Assembly: GCA_938017985.1 (NCBI GenBank) | Contig: CALIKS010000001.1 | Location: forward strand, 277,348 to 341,347 | DNA: 64,000 nucleotides | Reading direction: 5' to 3' | Source of the DNA: an uncultured archaeon | GTDB taxonomy: Archaea > Thermoproteota > Nitrososphaeria_A > Caldarchaeales > Calditenuaceae | In this document: positions 56,423-63,513 of the stretch, piece by piece | Layout of the letters: each line of letters begins with the position of its first letter | How positions within the stretch are numbered: position 1 is the stretch's first letter | Notes under the pieces: model-generated | Told to the model about the DNA's origin: nothing | Database searches by the model: none | Seen by the model: the letters and a program-made list of their open reading frames with translations, nothing else | Made by a program: the position numbers and the translations under genes

Positions 56423-57736
56423 TTATTTCGAGATCTCCTCTAGAGTCCTTCCCTTAGTCTCTTCACCTAAGATTCCAGTGATTATGCCGGCCAGTAGATG
56501 GGCTAGGGCAAATACCATGAATGCTAAGAGTAGTGTCCCACCGCTGATTTCGAAGAGGAATCCAGTAATAGACGGAGCGAGTATGCCTGCTAGTCTACCT
56601 ATGCTTGCAGCTGTTCCAGAACCTGTACCTCTAAGTTTTGTGGGATAGAGCTCTGGAGTGTATGTGTAGAGTCCAGCCCATGCACCTAGGTTAAAGAAAG
56701 ATATCAAGGCACTATATAGCAGTATTAGCTCTAATTGATTTGTAGAAGCCAGTAAAAGGCATCCAATCCCAGCAATTATTAGATATGATACAAGAACACC
56801 TTTTCTACCTACCTTATCTAGAATAAGAGCCGCACTATAATATCCGGGTACTTGAACGAACGTTATTAGCAATATCCACTCCAAGCTTTTGACAACTTCA
56901 TATCCAAAGAGGCGTACGTAAACGTCTGGTAGCCATGTAAAGATTCCGTGATAAGTGTATACTAGAACTGCCCAGAGTATCCAGAGAACGACCGTCCTCT
57001 TGAGATATGTGTGAGATAATAGTGAAGTTATTGGCATTTTTTCTTCTTTCTCTACACTAATGCTAATCTTCTCAACATCTTTAACCAATTTGTGTTTTAT
57101 GAGTATGGTCTTAATGTCGTTTAATTTCTCTTTTTTCTCTAGAAATCTTAGAGATTCTGGAGCATAGTATGTAATTGCTGGTATCAATAGCAGTGGGATG
57201 TAGGATATAGTGAAGACGCTTCTCCATCCTATCTGAGGCATGATTATTCGTGCCAATATTATGCCCAGCAGCACGCCCCAAACCCATGCAGTCTCAACTA
57301 TTCCTACAAATCTGCCCCGATACCTTGCAGGAGGATACTCAGACATATATACGCCTGGTAATGGCAGAGCACCTCCCAGTCCTATTCCTGCAAGTATTCT
57401 GAAGATAGACATGGACCAGAAATTCCACGTAATGCCGCATAATCCTGTGAAGACTGAACCAACTATGATCATGATAATCATGGTGTATTTTCTGCCTATC
57501 CTATCGGCTATTAGGCCGCTGGATATTGCTCCGAAAAACATTCCAAGATATCCGAAGCTTAGTAGATATCCAGATTCTGTCAGGCTAAGGCCCCACTCGG
57601 CTCTAATCGCTGGTAGGAGAAGTCCTATCAACATTACATTCATAGCAGTTAGTCCATAAACCAGCGAGGCTATAGTTAGGAGGACGTAGTGAAATCTACT
57701 CAATGGAAGATCTTCAAGAATCTTTACCACGCTCAT
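56423..57736 (-). CDS. MFS transporter (sugar-porter / SV2-like)
   Basis: 12 TM helices. GLIADRIGRKYTM (motif A) and PELYPTKLRGTGSG. Confidence 0.8.
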   Translation of the reverse strand: MSVVKILEDLPLSRFHYVLLTIASLVYGLTAMNVMLIGLLLPAIRAEWGLSLTESGYLLSFGYLGMFFGAISSGLIADRIGRKYTMIIMIIVGSVFTGLCGITWNFWSMSIFRILAGIGLGGALPLPGVYMSEYPPARYRGRFVGIVETAWVWGVLLGIILARIIMPQIGWRSVFTISYIPLLLIPAITYYAPESLRFLEKKEKLNDIKTILIKHKLVKDVEKISISVEKEEKMPITSLLSHTYLKRTVVLWILWAVLVYTYHGIFTWLPDVYVRLFGYEVVKSLEWILLITFVQVPGYYSAALILDKVGRKGVLVSYLIIAGIGCLLLASTNQLELILLYSALISFFNLGAWAGLYTYTPELYPTKLRGTGSGTAASIGRLAGILAPSITGFLFEISGGTLLLAFMVFALAHLLAGIITGILGEETKGRTLEEISK

Positions 57737-57896
57737 GACAGACTACAAATCGCTAGGATTTATTATACGTGGATTTGTTGGCAATATTTGTCATACATGC
57801 TTGATGAGTGGTATAGTTTGCCTCATTTTACTAGAGCAGTGATTTGGTGAGTTTGGCTATGTTTATAACTTAAATGATCATTATTAACCGCGAGAT

Positions 57897-58925
57897 ATGG
57901 GGCTGGTCTTTAGGGTTGCCTCTACTTCTGGCCCAGTAGCTAGAGAGGTATACAGATTACTCAATGAAATTAAGCTTGACTCTCCAGTAGTAACTACGCT
58001 CCGTGGATACAGTCTCGAAGATTCAGACGTGGTAATCGTGGTGGGAGACGACAAGTTAATACTAAAAACGATATTTGAGCTAGGAAATAGAGGTAACCCG
58101 ATACTTGGTGTAAGCGAAGATCCTACAAAAGGATTTCTCTCTCAATGTACCATCAATGAGCTTAAAGATGCAATAAACACCATCCTGAAAAGAACGTATC
58201 ACATTGAAGAAAATACTAGACTTGCTATTAGGGTAGATGATGGGCAGACAGTCCCTGCAGTTAATGATGCGGCAATCTTTCCCAGCCGAAGCGCCACATT
58301 GATGGAGTATTCATTATCAATTAATGAAGAGATGATTTGGCGAGACTATGCAGATGGAGTAATAGTTTCCTCTCCGCTTGGGTCGAGTGCATACTCGCTT
58401 TCAGCAGGCGGCTCATTAATCCATCACGACGCGCCTGTATTCGGGATAGTTCCCGTCAACTCTATAGACATTACTAGGAGACCGCTCATTGTTCCAAATA
58501 CCTCATCAATCATTATTGATGGTGTATCTTCTAAGCATGGAGTCGAGGTAATAATTGATGGGCTCGTAAGAATGCCGGTCAAGGAGAGAGTAGTCATCAC
58601 TAAGAATGATGTGCCTTGTAGGTTTATACATGTAGATGGCCCGTCATCTATCTTGAGCAAGTTAGAGAAGAAGATCCACTTGGCCGAGGAGCTTCTCAGG
58701 ATACCACCTTCCGCTAAGCTGATCATTAAGATCCTAGAGTATGAGGGGCCACTGACATACAGAGACCTCGTGAAGAAGACAATGCTACCCGAGAGGACTA
58801 TTCGTCACGCATTAGGCGTATTGGTTTCCCGCCGATTAGTCGCTAAGAAGCCACTGCTCAGAGATGCGAGACAGAAGCTCTACTATTTACCCGCCCATGT
58901 TGCAAATACGAGTTTGAGGTCATAG
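57897..58925 (+). CDS. NAD kinase-like domain fused to a C-terminal winged-helix DNA-binding domain
   Basis: NadK blocks: VVIVVGDDKLILK (a degenerate GGDGT), ILGVS....GFLS, NDAAIF, ADGVIVSSPLGSSAYSLSAGGSLI, IVPVNS. C-terminal LIIKILEYEGPLTYRDLVKKTMLPERTIRHALGVLVSRRLVAKK is MarR/TrmB-type wHTH. Confidence 0.7.
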   Translation: MGLVFRVASTSGPVAREVYRLLNEIKLDSPVVTTLRGYSLEDSDVVIVVGDDKLILKTIFELGNRGNPILGVSEDPTKGFLSQCTINELKDAINTILKRTYHIEENTRLAIRVDDGQTVPAVNDAAIFPSRSATLMEYSLSINEEMIWRDYADGVIVSSPLGSSAYSLSAGGSLIHHDAPVFGIVPVNSIDITRRPLIVPNTSSIIIDGVSSKHGVEVIIDGLVRMPVKERVVITKNDVPCRFIHVDGPSSILSKLEKKIHLAEELLRIPPSAKLIIKILEYEGPLTYRDLVKKTMLPERTIRHALGVLVSRRLVAKKPLLRDARQKLYYLPAHVANTSLRS

Positions 58926-58978
58926 CTTACTTAGCATAAGCAATATATATCTATTCCCCGATGCATGTTTATTTCTTG

Positions 58979-59039
58979 ATGATGATACCGACCTGCCCTG
59001 AGAGCCGTTGGCTCGTTGACGAGCATGTCTCCTCGCTGA
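58979..59039 (+). ncRNA. candidate C/D-box sRNA
   Basis: ATGATGA (C, 58979-85), 12 nt, CTGA (D', 58998-59001), hairpin GAGCC-GTT-GGCTC, TTGACGA (C'-like, 59016-22), 13 nt, CTGA (D, 59036-39). Lies in the 124-nt spacer between the nadK-like and moaD-like genes. The terminal stem is weak. Confidence 0.4.
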
Positions 59040-59049
59040 GTAGTGGTCG

Positions 59050-59331
59050 GTGAGTATTATGATCTTTGAATTTTTTGGCCCACTGAGGACGCAGGTAGGA
59101 ATGAAGAGTATCAGCATTAAGATTGAAGAATCGGTAAATCTGAAGGAAGCGTTAAGAATGCTGCCTCAACCAGTCAGGGATTTAATAATTGATGATAATG
59201 GCGCAGTCAGGCCAGGTATCATGATACTCGTAAACGACGTTGATGCTAGGACCGTTTATGGATTTGACGTCATGGTGAGTGACAATGACAGGGTTACCCT
59301 AATTCCGATGATTCATGGTGGATATGAATGA
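59050..59331 (+). CDS. MoaD/ThiS-family ubiquitin-like beta-grasp protein (SAMP/Urm1-like) with GG followed by two extra residues
   Basis: FFGPLR....., ILVNDVDAR, DNDRVTLIPMIHGG-YE*. The pattern ...V.L.P..GG is the MoaD/ThiS C-terminus. GTG start (an ATG three codons further in is possible). Confidence 0.7.
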   Translation: MSIMIFEFFGPLRTQVGMKSISIKIEESVNLKEALRMLPQPVRDLIIDDNGAVRPGIMILVNDVDARTVYGFDVMVSDNDRVTLIPMIHGGYE

Positions 59332-59867
59332 TTGTCTCGAATTATCAGGGATACAGCTTAGCCGCAGCTGTCATTGATGATATAAAGGTTGACCCATTCG
59401 TCTCGCTTGAGAAATTTAAGTTGCCGCCAAACTGCTCTTTACAATTCATAGATACTAGGTATGTCTATACTGCACGACAATTAGTTGCTGCCTTCATGAG
59501 TGCCGTCGATGCATATATGACTGGTACATCAAGGGCGAGGAAGATAGAGATTGAGATTCTGCTGAGATTTTCTGGTAGGAGGCAGATTAATGAGGCGATT
59601 GATCTTGCCGGTTACAAGAAAGGAGATAGAAGTGTCTGTCTCTGCGTAATAATGCATGGAGAGAACAAACTAGAATCAATCATTCATGACATAGCTAATT
59701 GTCTCGGCGGCATAGTTTCATCAAGCATTGAGAGGGGAAGTCTTGACGATGTACTAAAACTTTATCGAGTCAGTAGTGATGAGCTAGAGTGTCTAGTTCC
59801 CTCTCGAGGCGCTAAGCCTGCCGAGCTATTAATAATTGAGAAAATCGTGATGAGCAGTCTTTCCTGA
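59328..59867 (+). CDS. cgi121: KEOPS complex subunit Cgi121
   Basis: EIEILLRFSGRRQINEAIDLAGYKKGDRSVCLCVI closely parallels the archaeal Cgi121 core (MEILVRASGQRQIHEAIKIIGAKDGNVCLIC in M. jannaschii, from memory). ATGA overlap with the Ubl gene. Confidence 0.8.
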   Translation: MIVSNYQGYSLAAAVIDDIKVDPFVSLEKFKLPPNCSLQFIDTRYVYTARQLVAAFMSAVDAYMTGTSRARKIEIEILLRFSGRRQINEAIDLAGYKKGDRSVCLCVIMHGENKLESIIHDIANCLGGIVSSSIERGSLDDVLKLYRVSSDELECLVPSRGAKPAELLIIEKIVMSSLS

Positions 59868-59933
59868 AGAGTAGATATATCGATGATATCTTTAAATCGC
59901 TCTCCGAGATTGTTTTAATGCTGGCAGTAAGAA

Positions 59934-60380
59934 ATGGCGCGGATGCATGCTCGAAAGAGGGGAAAGTCCAGGTCTAACAGGCCGCTAAGCAAGGAGCCTC
60001 CAGAATGGGTCAAGATTTCTCCAGAGGAGACAGAGGCACTTATCGTCAAGCTAGCGAAGGAAGGAACACCGCCGAGTAGGATAGGAGTAATTCTCCGAGA
60101 TGTTTACGGAGTGCCGCTCGTCTCGCAGGTGACTGGGAAATCAATATCACAGATACTCGAGGAGAATAAATTGTTGCCTGAAATTCCCGAGGACTTAGCA
60201 AATCTTATCGAGAGGGCTAGAAGGATGCAGCTACACCTATCGACGCATAGGTCTGATAGATACAACAAGAAGAGGCTTCAGCTCGTCGAGGCCAAGATTC
60301 ATAGACTCGTCAAATACTACTCGAGGATTGGGAGAATACCTAGGGACTTCAAGGTCAAGACATTATACACTTATGCCTGA
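59934..60380 (+). CDS. rps15: 30S ribosomal protein S15 (uS15, S13e type)
   Basis: MARMHARKRGKSRSNRP N-terminus, IGVILRDVYGVP, HLSTHRSDRYNKKRLQLVEAKIHRLVKYY. Confidence 0.9.
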   Translation: MARMHARKRGKSRSNRPLSKEPPEWVKISPEETEALIVKLAKEGTPPSRIGVILRDVYGVPLVSQVTGKSISQILEENKLLPEIPEDLANLIERARRMQLHLSTHRSDRYNKKRLQLVEAKIHRLVKYYSRIGRIPRDFKVKTLYTYA

Positions 60381-60390
60381 TGACTTTGTC

Positions 60391-61611
60391 TTAACGGTCC
60401 CACTCCACTGGCCAGACATTCTGGCTCCAGTATATCGCAGGTATCTCTGCTAATTTTGCGCCTCTCGAGAGATATGGAATAACTATCAAGTTGCGGAACG
60501 AGGCCGTAAGCATGCGGACCCTGTAGGGACGGTCAGTCCCATCCGACCTAACGTAGTAGACGGATTCTCCATGCGCCGCCTCTGCCCTAGCGATGGCTTC
60601 GCCCGCTGGAACCCTGATGTTTACTGGGTGTTGCTTGTTCTTCACTGGGCCGTCTGGAAGCCCCTCGACTGCCTGAGTGATTATCCTGATGCTTTGACGC
60701 ATCTCTTCAAACGCTACTACTGCCCTGGCGTATGAGTCTCCCTCTGTCCTGACTGGCACGTCAAACTTAAACTCGCCGTAGGCGTCGTAGGGCTCGTCTA
60801 TCCTTACATCCCTCTTAATCCCAGTGGCTCTAAGAGTCACTCCAACGACTCCCAGCTTTGCAGCCTCCTCTGCAGTTAGTTTTCCAACATTCACCGTGCG
60901 GTCCATGAAGAGTGCATTGTTTAGCATCAGGTCCCAGTAATGGTCTAGCCTCGCGTCTAGAAACTCCATTACTCTCAGGACGTATTTTTGGAAGTCGTCG
61001 GTCAGCTCGTCGCTGCTCGGAGACCTGCCGGTCGCGTCTCGGTACCAAGCTCTGAACTGCTTGACTAGGCCGCTGGGCACTCTTTTCGGCACGTCGTTTC
61101 TGACTCCTCCCGGAACAAAGTATGAGTGAGTTATTCTCTGCCCGCCTATGAACTGGACTAGGTCGACGACGAATTCACGGTCTCCGAAGGCCCACATGAA
61201 GGGAGTCGTTAACCCGAGGAATACTCCGTAGAGTGCAAAATAATAGAAGTGGCTTCCAATCCTGTTGAGCTCAGCGACTATCGGCCTTATGTATCTAGCC
61301 CTTAAGGGAGGCTCGACTCCCATCAACTTCTCAACTGCGAGGCAATAGGGATAGAGCATGCCGGCTGCATCAAGTATCGCGGGACGCTCTAGATGTGGTA
61401 TATTCGTTATCCAGGTCTTGTACTCGCAGAGTTTTTCCTCGCCCCTGTGGACAAAGCCGGGGTCGGGCTCGGCTGAGAGTACGGTGTCTCCAATTACTCT
61501 TACTATTAACCTGAAGTGACCAGTGCCTGGATGCTGGGGCCCGTACGAGAAGACAAGCCCCTCACCCGTATCAAAAAAACTAGCTTCTTTGACTTCGTCT
61601 TGACGATACAT
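60391..61611 (-). CDS. nuoD: NADH-quinone oxidoreductase subunit D (complex-I type, no Ni-Fe cysteines)
   Basis: YGPQHPGTGHFRL, HRGEEKL, ERPAILDAAG...CLAVEKL (no RxCGxC), GGQRITHSYFVPGGV. The C-terminus ...NVWPVEWDR lacks DPCxxC. Confidence 0.85.
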   Translation of the reverse strand: MYRQDEVKEASFFDTGEGLVFSYGPQHPGTGHFRLIVRVIGDTVLSAEPDPGFVHRGEEKLCEYKTWITNIPHLERPAILDAAGMLYPYCLAVEKLMGVEPPLRARYIRPIVAELNRIGSHFYYFALYGVFLGLTTPFMWAFGDREFVVDLVQFIGGQRITHSYFVPGGVRNDVPKRVPSGLVKQFRAWYRDATGRSPSSDELTDDFQKYVLRVMEFLDARLDHYWDLMLNNALFMDRTVNVGKLTAEEAAKLGVVGVTLRATGIKRDVRIDEPYDAYGEFKFDVPVRTEGDSYARAVVAFEEMRQSIRIITQAVEGLPDGPVKNKQHPVNIRVPAGEAIARAEAAHGESVYYVRSDGTDRPYRVRMLTASFRNLIVIPYLSRGAKLAEIPAIYWSQNVWPVEWDR

Positions 61612-61659
61612 CTCGCCGATTAGAACTATTGCTAATCCTTACTATTATAGTGTTTTTTA

Positions 61660-61854
61660 TCACGTCGCCATTCTACGCATCCTCATCACCACGAGCCCAA
61701 GCAAAAGTAGGATAATGATAACTATGAGTCCGAGGCGGAGGATTATTCCTAGGAATGCCCTGAGCCCAGTCAGTACGCCCCAAGTAAAGATGCTGAATGC
61801 ACTTATGAAGGTTACAAGAATTATCAGGAGTATTAGTAATGCTTTAGGACTCAT
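61660..61854 (-). CDS. small hydrophobic protein (2 TM) inserted between nuoC and nuoD
   Basis: 64 aa (MSPKALLILLIILVTFISAFSIFTWGVLTGLRAFLGIILRLGLIVIIILLLLGLVVMRMRRMAT). It fills the nuoC-nuoD gap on the same strand. Coding status is unproven. Confidence 0.35.
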   Translation of the reverse strand: MSPKALLILLIILVTFISAFSIFTWGVLTGLRAFLGIILRLGLIVIIILLLLGLVVMRMRRMAT

Positions 61855-61864
61855 CTCGAAGCTC

Positions 61865-62347
61865 TCATCGGCCAGGCGGCCTATAATCCTTCCTCAGGGG
61901 CGGAGCGTCTGACCACCACTCGGGCAGAAGTAGTCTCTTAAGGTTTGGATGACCACTAAAAATGATGCCGAACATCTCGTAGGTCTCACGCTCATGGTAC
62001 TCACAGCTCGGCCATATGGACGTCAGCGATGGGACCTCAGGGTTATTTCTAGGAATCCTTGTTGCTATTGTAACTATGATGTTGGCTAGCTCTTGCACTG
62101 AGTACGAGCCTGCATGATACATGACCTCGAACGAGTCCTCAGGCGGCTTGAGCGCGATTAAGTCAATACCCGTCACGCCCTTCACGTGGTCGAAGCCAAG
62201 CCCCTTCAGCACGCTTGCAGCCCTCACTAATGCGTCCTTCTCAACAGTTATCTTCGTCATTTTTTTATCAATCTTCACCTCTTTTATCGATTCTCCGAGC
62301 GCTTGCTTCAGCTCATTAACTATGTATCCAATCTTCGATTCGCTCAA
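61865..62347 (-). CDS. nuoC: NADH-quinone oxidoreductase subunit C
   Basis: VTGIDL, YH, WPSCEYHERETYEMFGIIFSGHPNLKRLLLPEWW. Canonical NuoC motif. Confidence 0.8.
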   Translation of the reverse strand: MSESKIGYIVNELKQALGESIKEVKIDKKMTKITVEKDALVRAASVLKGLGFDHVKGVTGIDLIALKPPEDSFEVMYHAGSYSVQELANIIVTIATRIPRNNPEVPSLTSIWPSCEYHERETYEMFGIIFSGHPNLKRLLLPEWWSDAPPLRKDYRPPGR

Positions 62348-62399
62348 CTTAAATTACTCACTGTTTAGCTTAGATATATGGATATTCCCCTGCGTCTCG

Positions 62400-63053
62400 C
62401 TATAAGTACTCTCCGAGAATCTTGTCTCGTAGGATTAGTAGTCCCTGAATGAATGTCTCAGGCCTCGGTGGACATCCAGGAATGTATACATCTACTGGCA
62501 CTATGTCATCGATTCCCTGAATAACGTTGTAGGAGTCCTTGGCGTAGAGACCGCCTGAAATCGCACATGCGCCCATTGCTATCACCCACTTCGGATCAGG
62601 CATCTGGTCATAGATTATTCTTACTCTCTGGGCCATCTTTGTCGTGACTGTTCCCTCAACTACTATGACGTCTGACTGTCTTAGAGAGCCGACCGCGTTG
62701 AGAAATCCAAATCTCTCGGGGTCGTATCTTGGACTAACACTTCCCGCAAACTCGACCGAGCAACAAGCAGTCGTCAGGTGGACTGGAAAGAGGGATGAGA
62801 GTCTGCCCCAATTGACGAGGTACCTGACCAGCGACCTTCTCCTTATCCACTGGATGATAAAGTTTAGCCCGTCATTGCCCTCGACCTTGTTAATCCTTCC
62901 GACGCCATACTTCTTTACTGCTTCTTCCTTCTTCTCTTCAGGTATGACTGACTCTTCAAAGATGTTTACAATGTTTCTTGACTGAAGCGTCGTGATTCCA
63001 AAGCTTCCACTTTTTACTCTGAAGCCACTGCGATGAAGCCAGATAGGATGCAT
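62400..63053 (-). CDS. nuoB: NADH-quinone oxidoreductase subunit B (complex-I type, tandem-Cys N2 motif) with a long N-terminal extension in the ORF as drawn
   Basis: SLFPVHLTTACCSVEFAG (CCxxE), PRYDPERFG, LRQSDVIVVEGTV, GACAISGG, IPGCPPRP. The true start may lie downstream of ATG 63053. Confidence 0.85.
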   Translation of the reverse strand: MHPIWLHRSGFRVKSGSFGITTLQSRNIVNIFEESVIPEEKKEEAVKKYGVGRINKVEGNDGLNFIIQWIRRRSLVRYLVNWGRLSSLFPVHLTTACCSVEFAGSVSPRYDPERFGFLNAVGSLRQSDVIVVEGTVTTKMAQRVRIIYDQMPDPKWVIAMGACAISGGLYAKDSYNVIQGIDDIVPVDVYIPGCPPRPETFIQGLLILRDKILGEYL

Positions 63054-63125
63054 CGCCTTTATGAATACTTTGACTAGGCCGGTTAATTAACTATTCTGAA
63101 CAACCGGAAAGCTTAATCAGTAATT

Positions 63126-63500
63126 GTGGGTAGTCTATACTTCATGAAGGTTTGGCGGCTAAGGAGTAATTGGGACCAAGTCTTTTCCGGAGTTTATAGA
63201 CAGATAATGGCTTATGATAATGATATTATGCTGATGCTCGTTAAGATTCAGCCTAAATCAACGGTCCCGATGCATAGCCATAAAAACATACAGGCTGGAA
63301 TAGTAATCAAGGGAAAACTATTGTTTGTGACTGAGAAAGGAAAGATCGAGGTGTCTGAGGGCGACTCCTACTACATTGGAGCATATGAGGGACATGAGGT
63401 TCATAATCTTGCCGATGATGAAGCAATAGCGCTAGACATATTTGTTCCTAAGCGAGACGACTATTTGCCCTACGCACATCAAGCTGATCACGAGATATAA
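63126..63500 (+). CDS. cupin-domain protein
   Basis: VPMHSHKNIQAGIVIKGKLLF and GDSYYIGAYEGHEVHN match cupin motifs 1 and 2 (G.H.H...E / G....P....H..N). Start uncertain (GTG 63126 or an internal Met). Confidence 0.6.
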   Translation: MGSLYFMKVWRLRSNWDQVFSGVYRQIMAYDNDIMLMLVKIQPKSTVPMHSHKNIQAGIVIKGKLLFVTEKGKIEVSEGDSYYIGAYEGHEVHNLADDEAIALDIFVPKRDDYLPYAHQADHEI

Positions 63501-63513
63501 TTGCTAAGCAGTC

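Noticed and set aside
63054-63125. Inverted repeat CCGGTT-N15-AACCGG in the nuoB/cupin divergent spacer, a possible operator
   Set aside because: It is a single 6-bp arm palindrome with no second copy in the window and no adjacent regulator. It is too short to distinguish from chance.
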